The notes: generated by a model not told the origin, from the sequence alone. A stretch of DNA of 64,000 nt from an uncultured Candidatus Rokubacteria bacterium (GCA_963762145.1 CAVXJS010000009.1:640001-704000); one strand, 5' to 3'; counted from the first letter of the stretch, positions 53,661 to 63,996 are shown. Translations and numbers: made by a program.

Positions 53661-54362
53661 TCATGACGGGCCTCCCTGGCGTTCGTGCACCGCTCGCTCC
53701 ACATCCTCGCGGACGAGCAGACCGATCAGCTCGCCCGCCGAGGTCGTCACGAGAACGTTCGGGAGATCGCGCGTGGCCATGACCTTCGCCAACTCCTCGA
53801 TGGCCACGTGCGGCCGGTAGGTGCTCGGTCCGGGGCGCATGGCGGAACCGGCAGTAACCTCTCCGTCCCTGCCGAGTTGGTCGGCGCGGAGGAGTCCCAT
53901 GACGATTCGCTTCTCATTGACCACGACGCAGGCGTCCCATCCAGCGGCGCGAACGCGTGCCCGAACATCCCGGAGGGGTTCCTCGAGAAGGCAGGTCGGT
54001 ACCTCCCGGCGCGCGACCATCGCGGCAGTCGGTCGGCCGGCAGCCGCGCCTTCGGTCGGGAGCCCGGCCGCCATCCAGTCTGACTTGCCCGCCGCGTAGT
54101 CGTACACCTGGCCGAACCCGAGGCTTTCGAGCCGCCACGCGGCTCGTGCACTCAGGTCTCAGGCAGAGTCCCAGCAGTAGACGACTACGGGTCGCTCGGG
54201 AGCCAAGCTCGCCCGGACCTCGGAATCGATCTTCCGAAGTGGGATGTGCATCGCGCCCGGCAGATGCTGCTCGTCGAACTCCTCTTTGGGCAGTACCTCG
54301 ACGAGCTGCGCACCCTGTGCTACCAGTTGCTGTGCGGCCTCGCGTCCGATTTCAGTCGGCAT
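53661..54362 (-). CDS. rhodanese-CBS fusion protein, putative selenoprotein (in-frame UGA = Sec68), 233 aa
   Basis: HLPGAMHIP..VVVYCWDSA-TGA-DLSARAAWRLESLGFGQVYDYAAGKSDW continues in frame into a CBS pair; hairpin after the UGA. Confidence 0.85.
54118..54158 (-). other. putative bacterial SECIS element
   Basis: CGAGCCGC-GUG-GCGGCUCG hairpin starting 13 nt after the UGA; lower stem CUGAG/CUCGG. Confidence 0.75.
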
Positions 54363-54545
54363 CTTCCTTCTTCCTTTCGGATCTGGGATTGGAGCGAGGG
54401 CACCACGTGGCCACGCGCGGTGGATTGAGGGGCAGGAATCGCGCTCCTCGTCCCGGCGCGACGGGTCCCCCACGTGCGAACGCCCGGAGCGAGGCTGGGG
54501 ACGACCGTCATCTGATAGCGATGCTAACCGCCTCCAGAGGAGCTG

Positions 54546-54569
54546 CCTAGTGGACCAAGGTCCACTAGG
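54546..54569. promoter_or_regulatory. palindromic operator, perfect 11-bp arms
   Basis: CCTAGTGGACC-AA-GGTCCACTAGG; TAGCAT -10 at 54521-54526 (-). Confidence 0.85.
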
Positions 54570-54615
54570 TGAACCTGAGCGCGGCGACTAAGGACGAGGA
54601 GCGGCGTGGCTGCCG

Positions 54616-56415
54616 TCAACGCGCTCTCTCCAGGGCCACCGGCAAGGTGAAACGGAAGCTCGCCCCTCCCTGCGGATTGTTCTCGGCTTCCACCGCGCCG
54701 CCGTGCGCGTTGACGATGGTTCGCACGATGGCCAGCCCCATCCCCAGCCCCGCGCTCTTGGTCGTGTAGAGCGGCTCGAAGATGTGGTCGAGATCCTTCA
54801 GGGCGATGCCTGGCCCTGAGTCCTGAACCGTGACGTGGAGCTCGCCGGCGCCGTCTCGGGCCGTCCGGATGACGAGAGTGCGCGCCCCCGTGTGGGGTTC
54901 GCGCATCGCTTCGAGCCCGTTGAGCACCAGGTTGAGCACCACCTGCTGGAGCTGGACCCTGTCGCCGCGGGCGTTCGGAATGTCCGAGGAGAGCTCGAGG
55001 CTCATCGACACCTTGCGCATGATCGTATCGCTTCTCATGAGCCACGCGACCTCGGTGACGATCTCGTTGAGGTCGAGCGGCACGAACTCCGGCTCACCCT
55101 TCTTGAGGAGGGCGCGCAGTCCGCTGATCACGGCGGTGGCTCGTTCGTCGTCCGCCACGATGTCGCTCAGGATCACACGAATCTCGCGCACCTTCTCGAG
55201 ATCCACCACGTCGCCCTCGACAAGGAGTTGGGCCGCGTGCGCGTTGTTGAGGATCGCGGTCAGCGGCTGGCTCAGCTCGTGGGCCAGCGACGCGGTCAGC
55301 TCGCCCAAGGCGGAGACCCGGCCGATGTGAGCCAGGTCCTGCCGGAGCCGCACCGCCTCGAGCTCCCCCTGCTTGCGTGACAACGCATTGGCGAAGACCT
55401 CGCCGAGGAGGTGAAGCTGCTGGATCAGCTCGTCCGACTTCGCGCGCTCGGCCCCGACCGTGCTGAATATCAGCCCTCCCACCACGATTCCACTCACCAG
55501 GAGAGGCACCGCGACTTGGGGCTTGACCCGGTGCACGAGATAGCTCTGCCGATCCACCGCCGCCTCGTCCGGCAGCTCCTCGAGGTGCGATACGTTGATG
55601 ACCTCACCCCGCTGCAGCCGTGCCGTCATCCACGGAAACTCACCCATCTCCACCCATTCCTCGACCGCCCAGGAACGGGTGGCCGTGCCGTCCCGGGTGA
55701 ACTCGATGAGGCTGCCGCGATCGACCCCCAGGAAATCGACAACCTGGCGAAGCCCTCGCTGGACCGCTTGGTCGAAATCGGCAGCTGACAGATGGCTGAA
55801 TGCGGTCGCCAGGGAGGACAGGAGCTTCTCGAAGCGCAGCCGCTCGGCGAGCGATAGCTCCATCCGCCGGCGATCCAGGATCCCGGCGAAGGCCTCGCTG
55901 AGGAGGCGGAGCCGCCCCACCAGGTCGTCCGGCCAAGCGTGGCCGTCACGAACGGAGGCGAAGGAGAGCACCCCGAGGATGGGTCCCCCGGTGCGCAGGG
56001 GGATCAACACTTGCGAGCGCGTGCCCACGCGCTCCCAACTGGCCCGATCGATCGCGGCCGCCTTTGGCAGCTCGGCGAGTCGAGAGAATCGGACAACCTC
56101 CCCTTCCCGTAGTCTCCCCGATACCCAGGGGAACAGGTCGGCGGCCGTGACCTGCTCCTCGAGGCCCGGCCGTGCCCACGAGAGGCGGAGCCTCGGCCTG
56201 CCTTCGGCGTGCTCGTCGAGCCCGCCTCGATCCACGCCCAGGAACGTGACCACCTGCTGTAGTGCGCGCTCGATCGCCACGCCAGTGTCGGGCGCGCTCA
56301 CGTGAATCAACCCGGCGGACAGCTCCGAGAGGAGCGTCTCGAAGCGCAGGCGGTTCGCCAGCAGGAGCTTCGTCGACCGGCCCGTCCGCCGGCGAGCCAA
56401 ATCGCGGCGTTTCAC
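54616..56415 (-). CDS. GAF-GAF sensor histidine kinase (FixL/NodV-like HisKA), no adjacent response regulator
   Basis: Two ERLRFE-type GAF repeats; GELTASLAHELSQPLTAI; DRVQLQQV; GLGMGLAI. Confidence 0.9.
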   Translation of the reverse strand: MKRRDLARRRTGRSTKLLLANRLRFETLLSELSAGLIHVSAPDTGVAIERALQQVVTFLGVDRGGLDEHAEGRPRLRLSWARPGLEEQVTAADLFPWVSGRLREGEVVRFSRLAELPKAAAIDRASWERVGTRSQVLIPLRTGGPILGVLSFASVRDGHAWPDDLVGRLRLLSEAFAGILDRRRMELSLAERLRFEKLLSSLATAFSHLSAADFDQAVQRGLRQVVDFLGVDRGSLIEFTRDGTATRSWAVEEWVEMGEFPWMTARLQRGEVINVSHLEELPDEAAVDRQSYLVHRVKPQVAVPLLVSGIVVGGLIFSTVGAERAKSDELIQQLHLLGEVFANALSRKQGELEAVRLRQDLAHIGRVSALGELTASLAHELSQPLTAILNNAHAAQLLVEGDVVDLEKVREIRVILSDIVADDERATAVISGLRALLKKGEPEFVPLDLNEIVTEVAWLMRSDTIMRKVSMSLELSSDIPNARGDRVQLQQVVLNLVLNGLEAMREPHTGARTLVIRTARDGAGELHVTVQDSGPGIALKDLDHIFEPLYTTKSAGLGMGLAIVRTIVNAHGGAVEAENNPQGGASFRFTLPVALERAR

Positions 56416-56796
56416 CTCAGCTATCTCTCGGCGCGCAAGCGCCAGGCTTCGGATTCTGGCGCCACACGAGATAACACGTCAGGTGGGCCACTGCCGCCCC
56501 TTGCGCTCCTTCGATGCAGTCGCGCTGCCAGTTCGGGATCAACCCCTGGCTGGCCGGTCAGGCCTCGTGACGTTCTTCGACGTCCGCCCCGCCAGGCCTT
56601 CAGCCACCGAATTCCAGCAACCGGGCCACGGCACACTAGGCCGATTATACCCCTCACCCATGATTTACGAGAGGTTGCACGCGATAGACAGTCGCACAAT
56701 GGCGTCAGGATCGACGGTCGCGGCCGGGGATGCTGGGTGATGCTGCAGTGAACTCGAAAGCAGGTCAGTCCACCAAACCGGGGGCAACTCTAGAGT

Positions 56797-56979
56797 TCAC
56801 GGCCTGGTCGGGCTTGCCGCGCGGGAGCGCGGGGCTCCTGGCTTCGCCGAGACGTGAACGGTGTACCCTTTGAACCGGATGGGCGCGCTGATCTTCCTTC
56901 GGATGATCCCGCTCACACGCCCTGCCCCGGGGGTTCAGCTCACATGGTCACCGATCTTGAACGCGCCCGGCCTGGCCAT
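56797..56979 (-). pseudogene. DUF2945 (Tudor-like) protein with a premature stop
   Basis: FKIGDHVS*..AGRVSGII..FKGYTVH; TGA at 56935-56937 falls where the family has Trp; C-terminus degraded. Confidence 0.7.
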
Positions 56980-56991
56980 CTCTTCCCTGTC

Positions 56992-57369
56992 CTAGGAGGC
57001 ACCGCCAAGGGTGAGCAGACAGGCGCTCTCATCGAGGGCCTCCACCTCATGCGCGACGGCTGCCTCCAGCACGACGAGCTCGCCGGATCCAAGCCGCTCC
57101 GCGCGGCCGCCAGCCCGAAAGGTCACGGAGCCGCTCAGGACATGGAAGGTCAGCGGCCCGGCGGTCTGATGCTCGGAGAGCGTGGTCCCCTTGCCGAGCA
57201 GCATCAGCACCACGCGAAGTGCGGGCTCCTTGACCAAGGTGATCGCGTTGCGTCCACTCGTACGCCATGTGGTCTCTTGCCTGAGCCGCTCCAGCTGCTC
57301 GCCGAGCCGCAGGCACTGGAGGGGAACCTCGACGGGGCGGGCCGGTCTCGCCTTCCACTCGTCCACCAT
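56992..57369 (-). CDS. cupin domain protein
   Basis: GRNAITLVK..LRVVL..HQTAGPLTFHVLSG..AHEVEA. Confidence 0.85.
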   Translation of the reverse strand: MVDEWKARPARPVEVPLQCLRLGEQLERLRQETTWRTSGRNAITLVKEPALRVVLMLLGKGTTLSEHQTAGPLTFHVLSGSVTFRAGGRAERLGSGELVVLEAAVAHEVEALDESACLLTLGGAS

Positions 57370-57439
57370 GACTGTCTCCAATCTGCCGTTCTGTGAGAGT
57401 GCGAAGACACGCTGATAGCCCAAGTGTCGGCATCGCGTA

Positions 57440-58231
57440 CTACTTCTGCTGCCCGCGCGCCGATGTTGTTGCGCCGAGAAGAAGTCCCTCGAAACGCCGA
57501 GGAGCCTCAGGCTCGTTGGCCCTGACACTCCCGCCCCCGGCACGGGCCGACTGCCTCAGCCGTTCCGTCCGCATCCGTTCCATGAGCTGGGGGAACGAGG
57601 ACGTCCGCATGCTCGACGCGAACTGGCTCCGATATGTGGACACGAGACTCGTACCGTCCAACACGATGTCGTAGACAGCCCACCGCGAGCCGCGTTCGAG
57701 CAACTGATACTCGATCGAGATCCCGGAACCGGTGGCTGGGGTGACGAGGGAACGCACTCGAGCAAGAGATCCGGTGACCTCCTCGCTCAGGAATGCCACG
57801 CGCTCACCGGAGTACCGTTCCACGGCCGTCGCGTAAGCCTGGGTGAAGACGTCGGCGAACAGCCGAACGAACTCGTCCTGCTCCTGCGGCAGACAGTCTT
57901 TCGAATGCTGCCCCATTACCCGGCGGGCCATTTCGTTGAAGGCGAAGAGGTCGAGAGCGACGCGGCGGATCTGTGTGCGGCGGTCCTCGCTGCCGGCCAT
58001 ACTTACCGTCGGCGACTGGGTAATCGCGAGCACGCGCGAGACCGAGGACTTCACGAGGTCGAGGGGCCTGAGTGAGCCAGCGGCCGCTCCCGTGTCGTCC
58101 CCCGGCTGGGCGCCACCTACGATGCCCGCACTGCCGAGGTTGAGAGCAAGCACGAGAACCACGAGCGCGGACAGGCAACGCCCAGTGAGTCGCCAGCTTG
58201 CCAAGGGCGCTCGCGCCGGGAGAGGCCTCAT
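57440..58231 (-). CDS. mlaC: MlaC/Ttg2D phospholipid-binding protein (paralog 1)
   Basis: FAFNEMARRVMG, WAVYDIVLDGTSLVSTYRSQF. Confidence 0.8.
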   Translation of the reverse strand: MRPLPARAPLASWRLTGRCLSALVVLVLALNLGSAGIVGGAQPGDDTGAAAGSLRPLDLVKSSVSRVLAITQSPTVSMAGSEDRRTQIRRVALDLFAFNEMARRVMGQHSKDCLPQEQDEFVRLFADVFTQAYATAVERYSGERVAFLSEEVTGSLARVRSLVTPATGSGISIEYQLLERGSRWAVYDIVLDGTSLVSTYRSQFASSMRTSSFPQLMERMRTERLRQSARAGGGSVRANEPEAPRRFEGLLLGATTSARGQQK

Positions 58232-58265
58232 CGCAGTATGACTCTAGCGTTCGTCAGCCGGCCCG

Positions 58266-58295
58266 GCCTATTGGACCTTGGCCTATTGGACCTTG
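58266..58295. promoter_or_regulatory. operator half-site as a 15-bp tandem duplication, inside the mlaC intergenic gap
   Basis: GCCTATTGGACCTTG x2; TAGAGT -10 at 58241-58246 (-). Confidence 0.7.
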
Positions 58296-58337
58296 GGGCA
58301 CCCCCCTGCTCGTCGAGGCGCGCTCCAGCGCTTCGGC

Positions 58338-58919
58338 TCAGGAGGTGCCAGGGCCCTTGAGTCGTCGAACCAGCTCCCCGTACGAGGTCGTCCGGATGAC
58401 TCGGTCGAACTGAGACCGATAGCTCGCGATGAGGCTGACGTTCTCGACCAGAACGTCGTAGATAAGCCAACGATCCGCCTTCCGTAGCAGGCGCGACTCG
58501 ACTGGTATCTGCGTCCCCTTCTTGGTCACGATCACCGCCCGCACGATCGCATAGTCACCGTCGATCTTCTCACTCACATACTTGATCTGCTCGCCACCGT
58601 ACTCGCCGATCCGGGACAGGTACCCGCGCTCGAGAAGATCCTGGAACAACTGCACAAACTCCCCCTGCTCCGCCGCGGTGCGTTGCTGCCAGTGGAGCCC
58701 GAGGGCGCGCTTGGCGGCTTCTGTCACGTCGAACGCTTCGCCGGCGACCGTCCGCACCGCTTCCAGACGAGCCGAGGCCGTCAGCGTCGGGTTCTCCAAG
58801 GCCTTCATCACTTGATCGGTGTACGCGCGTAGCTGCTCGGTCGGCGAACTCGCCCATGCGTACCCCTCGAGACTCAGCGTGATGACCACCGTCAGCGCCA
58901 ACTGCCGCATGATTTTCAT
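58338..58919 (-). CDS. mlaC: MlaC/Ttg2D phospholipid-binding protein (paralog 2)
   Basis: AGGAGG RBS; FDVTEAAKRALG, WLIYDVLVENVSLIASYRSQF. Confidence 0.88.
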   Translation of the reverse strand: MKIMRQLALTVVITLSLEGYAWASSPTEQLRAYTDQVMKALENPTLTASARLEAVRTVAGEAFDVTEAAKRALGLHWQQRTAAEQGEFVQLFQDLLERGYLSRIGEYGGEQIKYVSEKIDGDYAIVRAVIVTKKGTQIPVESRLLRKADRWLIYDVLVENVSLIASYRSQFDRVIRTTSYGELVRRLKGPGTS

Positions 58920-59003
58920 GGTCCCTCCTGTTCGATCAGCTCGGTCTACTCTGGCGCAAACCTCTGCGCCTGATCGCGACTCTAGCCGACGTGATCCCGC
59001 GCG

Positions 59004-59072
59004 CCTATTGGACCTTGGTCGCTGGTGACTCTCCACACTGGCGTGGCAGGTCGTTGGACCAAGGTCCGATAG
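59004..59072. promoter_or_regulatory. two palindromic operators serving divergent promoters
   Basis: CCTATTGGACCTTGGTCGC with TAGAGT at 58979-58984 (-); GTTGGACCAAGGTCCGATAG with TAGACT at 59093-59098 (+). Confidence 0.8.
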
Positions 59073-59154
59073 CCTGGCCCTCGGCCGTCACCTAGACTCG
59101 GAGTACGTGAACCATGAACAACAGAGGTGCACTGCCACCGAACGGGAGAGACTT

Positions 59155-59388
59155 ATGGCAACCAAGGTGAGAGTCAACCTAGCCAACGAGCAAGAATTGC
59201 TGGAGCTTCCAGGCGTCGGCCCTGCGGAAGCGGCCGCGATCGTCAGGTTCCGCTCGGCACACGGTCCCGTCAAGGACGCTGACCAGCTTGCCACAATCTT
59301 GATCGGGTTCCCGCTTGACGAAACGCTCCGAGAGCGTGCCGACTTCGCTCCCTCCGACAGCACAGCGCCCGAGGCACCAGGAGCCTAG
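59155..59388 (+). CDS. helix-hairpin-helix (ComEA-like) DNA-binding protein
   Basis: VNLANEQELLELPGVGPAEAAAIVRFR..GP. Confidence 0.85.
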   Translation: MATKVRVNLANEQELLELPGVGPAEAAAIVRFRSAHGPVKDADQLATILIGFPLDETLRERADFAPSDSTAPEAPGA

Positions 59389-59539
59389 CCCCCGAGTTTC
59401 CTCGCCGGTCGGCGCCACACCGGCGACACACCAGCTCACGCCGCTTCCCCTCTAACAGGAGCTCACAGATGGATGCGATTCAATCACCCGCGACACGGCT
59501 CGGCGCCTCTCCTCGCGCGCCCTCGGCGGGGGAACGGAC

Positions 59540-61375
59540 GTGAACAAGGGATGGGGGATCGTCGCGCTCGTCATCGTGGGCTTGTACTGGCTGCAGGCCG
59601 TGTTGATTCCGCTGGCGCTGGCCGTCCTGCTCACGTTTCTCTTGAGTCCCGTGGTGGGCACCCTCCAACGGCGAGGCCTGGGCCGGGTACCGTCGGTCCT
59701 CGTGACGGTCCTCCTCGCCCTCTCCATCCTGGGCGGGATTGGCTGGACGCTCACTCGCCAGATGGTGACGCTCGCCGACGAGCTGCCGCGGTACAGCCTG
59801 AACATCCACCAGAGAATCGCGGACCTTCGCGGGGCGAGCCAGGGTGGCTCCATGGAGAAGGTTCAGCAAGCGGTGGAGGACGTCGTCGGCGAGCTTCAGA
59901 AGACGGGCAAGGGGGGTGGGCCGGGTCCAAAGCCCCTCGCCGTGGTCCTGGAGCCCCCGTCCATCCTTTCCCACCTGCCAACCCTTCTCCAAGCGTTGGC
60001 AAGCGCGGGGGTCGTGACCGTGCTCATGATCTTCATGCTGCTCGAGCGCCGGGAGCTCCGGGATCGGGTCATCTTGCTGGTCGGGTATCGACGGATGACG
60101 GCGACGACGAGAGCGCTAGACGAAGCCGGGACGCGCATCAGCCGGTACCTGCTCATGCAATCCCTCATCAACGGCGGCTTCGGCGTGGCCGTGGGGATCG
60201 GCCTGTTCCTGATCGGGGTTCCCTACGCCGTCATCTGGGGGTGCCTGGCGGCCGCCCTCCGGTTCATCCCGTACTTGGGGGCATTCGTCGCGCTGCTCCT
60301 GCCCCTGGTCCTCAGCCTGGCAGTGTTCCCGGGGTGGCTCCAGCCGGCGCTGGTCGTCAGTCTGTTCCTCGTGCTGGAGCTGATCACCGGCTGGGTGATG
60401 GAGCCGTGGTTGTACGGTCAAAGTGCCGGGGTCTCGCCGGTTGCGCTCCTGATCGCGTTGACCTTCTGGACCTGGCTGTGGGGACCGGTGGGACTACTGA
60501 TCGCGACGCCCCTGACGGTCTGTCTCATCGTGCTCGGCAAGCATCTGCCCGCGCTGAGGGGCATCGTCGTACTCATGAGTGACCGCCCGGTCATCGAGGC
60601 CAAGGCGCGCTACTACCAGCGACTGCTCGCACGAGACCAGGACGAGGCGATCGACATCGTCGAGACCTCCGTGAACGCAGATGGACGGGAGTCGGTCTAT
60701 GATGCGGTGCTCCTCCCCGCGCTCTACTACGCCAAGCAGGACCGTGATCGCGGGCTGTTGAGCGAGGATGACGCTCAGTTCGTGGGACAGGCGACCCGAG
60801 AGATCCTCGACGTTCTCGCCCACGACCCGCCGGCGCCCTCCGAGAGGTACGGTGGGGACCTCTCGGTCAGCGATCCCGGCGTTACGCCGGTCCGGATCCT
60901 CGGGTGTCCCGCTCGAGACGAGACGGATGCCGTGGGGCTCGAGATGGTGCGACACCTGCTCGACCCGGCGCGGTACCAGATCGAGATCAGCGGAGCCGGG
61001 ATGCTCACCGCCGAAGTTGTCGCTCAGGTCGGCGCGGACCGCCCCACTCTCGTTTGCATCGGGGCGGTGGCCCCAGGAGGCTTGAGCCAGGCGCGGCATC
61101 TCTGCAAGCGCCTGCGTTCGCAGCATCCGGAGCTCAAGATCGTGGTCGGTCGCTGGGGCCTCCACGACGAGAAGGATACCGATCGCGAGCACCTGCTCGC
61201 GGCCGGGGCCGACTACGTCGAGACGACGGTGCTCGATACGCAACGAGCACTCGCGCAGGTGGGGCTCACGCTCGGGCGGCCCGCTCCGGAATCGCCACCC
61301 GCGCCGGTGCCCGAGATCGTGCCCTGGACTGCCCCGACGACGGTCACGGCGCTCGGGCGTGCCCAAGGCGCGTGA
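59540..61375 (+). CDS. AI-2E family transporter with C-terminal B12-binding-like domain
   Basis: PLALAVLLTFLLSP, ISRYL, RFIPYLG, EPWLYG, WGPVGLLIATPLT, YYQRLLA. Confidence 0.9.
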   Translation: MNKGWGIVALVIVGLYWLQAVLIPLALAVLLTFLLSPVVGTLQRRGLGRVPSVLVTVLLALSILGGIGWTLTRQMVTLADELPRYSLNIHQRIADLRGASQGGSMEKVQQAVEDVVGELQKTGKGGGPGPKPLAVVLEPPSILSHLPTLLQALASAGVVTVLMIFMLLERRELRDRVILLVGYRRMTATTRALDEAGTRISRYLLMQSLINGGFGVAVGIGLFLIGVPYAVIWGCLAAALRFIPYLGAFVALLLPLVLSLAVFPGWLQPALVVSLFLVLELITGWVMEPWLYGQSAGVSPVALLIALTFWTWLWGPVGLLIATPLTVCLIVLGKHLPALRGIVVLMSDRPVIEAKARYYQRLLARDQDEAIDIVETSVNADGRESVYDAVLLPALYYAKQDRDRGLLSEDDAQFVGQATREILDVLAHDPPAPSERYGGDLSVSDPGVTPVRILGCPARDETDAVGLEMVRHLLDPARYQIEISGAGMLTAEVVAQVGADRPTLVCIGAVAPGGLSQARHLCKRLRSQHPELKIVVGRWGLHDEKDTDREHLLAAGADYVETTVLDTQRALAQVGLTLGRPAPESPPAPVPEIVPWTAPTTVTALGRAQGA

Positions 61376-61587
61376 AGGCCTCGAAAGGCGTGGAAGCCGC
61401 GGTGCGACTGAGCTATGCTCCGCCCACCACGATATTCATTCCTGACGACGTTGATTTGACGCGCTGAAGACTGCCTCCACCAAGGGAAGCTGCGGCAGCT
61501 CTGGTTGATCAGCCTTTCATACGGCTGCGCTCTGCAGGTTCTGATGAGCGCAACACGACCGACGATATCAGGGAAAGGGAGCCGGCA

Positions 61588-63996
61588 ATGAGAAAGGCGT
61601 TATCGGACAAGGAACTGAAATTGATCCATGCCTACTGGAGGGCGGCGAACTATCTCTCGGTGGGGCAGATCTATCTCTACGATAACCCGCTTCTGAAAAA
61701 GCCACTGACCAAGGAACATGTGAAGCCGAGGCTGCTGGGTCACTGGGGCACCACCCCGGGCCTGAATTTCATCTATGCCCATATGAATCGCGCGATCAAG
61801 GCACGGGACCTCAGCCTGATCTACATCATCGGCCCGGGTCACGGCGGTCCCGGCATCGTCGCCAATGCCTACATGGAAGGCACCTACTCGGAGGTGTATC
61901 CGAACATTGCACAGGACGAAGAGGGAATGAACCGGCTGTTCAAGCAGTTCTCCTTCCCTGGAGGCATTCCCAGTCACGTGGCACCCGAGACCCCCGGCTC
62001 GATCCACGAAGGCGGCGAACTGGGGTATGCGCTCTCTCACGCGTACGGGGCTGCGTATGACAATCCCGACCTGATCGTTGCCTGCGTCGTCGGCGACGGC
62101 GAAGCCGAGACCGGGCCCCTGGCAACCTCCTGGCATTCCAACAAGTTCCTCAACCCGGCGACCGACGGAGCAGTGCTGCCGATCCTCCACCTGAACGGGT
62201 ACAAGATCGCCAATCCTTGCGTGCTGGCTCGTATCAGCCACGAAGAACTGGATCAGCTCTTTCGCGGTTATGGTTACACACCCCATTTTGTCGAGGGCAG
62301 CGATCCGGCCAAGATGCACCAGCTCATGGCCGGCGCGGTGGACACCTGCATGGAGGACATCCGCCGCATCCAGACCCAGGCGCGGACGCGGGGTGTGAAG
62401 GCGCGGCCGCGCTGGCCGATGATCATCCTCCGTTCGCCGAAGGGGTGGACCTGCCCGAAGGAGATCGACGGTAAACGGACCGAGGACTACTGGCGCAGCC
62501 ACCAGGTCCCAATGGGTGAAATGCACGACAAGCCCGGGCACGTGAAGCTCCTCGAGAAATGGATGAAGAGCTACAAGCCGGAGGAGCTGTTCGACAAGAC
62601 TGGTCGGCTGAAGCCCGAGCTCGCTGATCTGCCGCCGAAGGGCAAGCGCCGCATGAGCGACAATCCGCACGCCAACGGCGGCCTTCTGCTCAAGGACCTG
62701 CTTCTACCGGACTTCCGCGACTATGCCGTCGAGGTCACGACACCGGGCGCCATCTCGATCGAGTCCACCCGCCTCATGGGGAAGTTCCTGCGCGACACGA
62801 TGAAGCTGAACATGGAGAGCCGGAATTTCCGTCTGTTCAGTCCGGACGAGAACAATTCAAACCGCTGGCAAGATGTGCTGGAGGTCACGAACCGCACGTG
62901 GATGGCGGATCGCTATCCATACGATGATCATCTGGCTCCGGACGGCCGCGTGATGGAGATGCTCAGTGAGCACCAATGCCAGGGGTGGCTGGAAGGGTAT
63001 CTCTTGACCGGGCGGCACGGATTCTTTTCCTGCTACGAGGCCTTCATTCATATCATCGACTCGATGTTCAACCAGCACGCCAAGTGGCTGAAGGTGTGCC
63101 ACGACATTCCTTGGCGTCGACCGATTGCCTCGCTCAACTATCTCTTGTCTTCCCACGTCTGGCGGCAGGATCACAACGGGTTCAGTCACCAAGACCCCGG
63201 ATTCATCGATCACGTGGTGAACAAAAAATCGGAGATCGTGCGTGTCTATCTGCCGCCGGATGCGAACACTCTGCTGTCGGTCACCGATCACTGTCTGCGG
63301 AGCCGTAACTATGTGAACGTCGTCGTAGCGGGCAAGCAGCCTGCTCCGCAATGGTTGACGATGGACCAGGCGATCAAGCACTGCACGGCGGGCATCGGAA
63401 TCTGGGAATGGGCCAGCAACGACAAGGGAGGAGATCCAGATGTCGTTCTGGCCTGTTGCGGGGACGTGCCTACGCTGGAGACTCTGGCCGCGGTGGATCT
63501 GTTTCGTCAGCATCTCCCGGCGCTGAAGATCCGCGTCATCAACGTCGTCAACTTGATGACCCTGCAACCGCAGAAGGAGCACCCGCATGGCCTGTCCGAC
63601 CAGGACTTCGATGCACTGTTCACCAAGGACAAGCCGATCGTGTTTGCCTTCCACGGCTACCCGTGGTTGATCCATCGGCTCACGTACCGGCGGACCAACC
63701 ACGGAAACTTGCACGTGCGCGGCTACAAGGAGGAAGGCACAACGAGCACGCCGTTCGACATGGTGGTGATGAACGATCTCGACCGGTTTCACCTCTTCGG
63801 CGACGTGATCGATCGACTCCCGGAGCTCGGGTCCCGCGCCGCCTATGCCAAGCAAGCGGTCCGCGACAAGCTCCTCGAGCACAAGGAGTACATCGCCAAG
63901 CACGGTGAGGACATGCCCGAGATCACCGACTGGCAGTGGGGTCGGGTCAAGGCGCAAACGAGGCGGAGAACCACGACGGAGGGAGACAACGTCTAG
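61588..63996 (+). CDS. xfp: xylulose-5-P/fructose-6-P phosphoketolase
   Basis: [44 protein letters not shown]. Confidence 0.97.
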   Translation: MRKALSDKELKLIHAYWRAANYLSVGQIYLYDNPLLKKPLTKEHVKPRLLGHWGTTPGLNFIYAHMNRAIKARDLSLIYIIGPGHGGPGIVANAYMEGTYSEVYPNIAQDEEGMNRLFKQFSFPGGIPSHVAPETPGSIHEGGELGYALSHAYGAAYDNPDLIVACVVGDGEAETGPLATSWHSNKFLNPATDGAVLPILHLNGYKIANPCVLARISHEELDQLFRGYGYTPHFVEGSDPAKMHQLMAGAVDTCMEDIRRIQTQARTRGVKARPRWPMIILRSPKGWTCPKEIDGKRTEDYWRSHQVPMGEMHDKPGHVKLLEKWMKSYKPEELFDKTGRLKPELADLPPKGKRRMSDNPHANGGLLLKDLLLPDFRDYAVEVTTPGAISIESTRLMGKFLRDTMKLNMESRNFRLFSPDENNSNRWQDVLEVTNRTWMADRYPYDDHLAPDGRVMEMLSEHQCQGWLEGYLLTGRHGFFSCYEAFIHIIDSMFNQHAKWLKVCHDIPWRRPIASLNYLLSSHVWRQDHNGFSHQDPGFIDHVVNKKSEIVRVYLPPDANTLLSVTDHCLRSRNYVNVVVAGKQPAPQWLTMDQAIKHCTAGIGIWEWASNDKGGDPDVVLACCGDVPTLETLAAVDLFRQHLPALKIRVINVVNLMTLQPQKEHPHGLSDQDFDALFTKDKPIVFAFHGYPWLIHRLTYRRTNHGNLHVRGYKEEGTTSTPFDMVVMNDLDRFHLFGDVIDRLPELGSRAAYAKQAVRDKLLEHKEYIAKHGEDMPEITDWQWGRVKAQTRRRTTTEGDNV

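Noticed and set aside
56935-56937. Second in-frame TGA (DUF2945-like gene) as possible selenocysteine
   Set aside because: It falls at a Trp position of the family (TGG>TGA) and the C-terminus is degraded, so this is an ordinary pseudogene.
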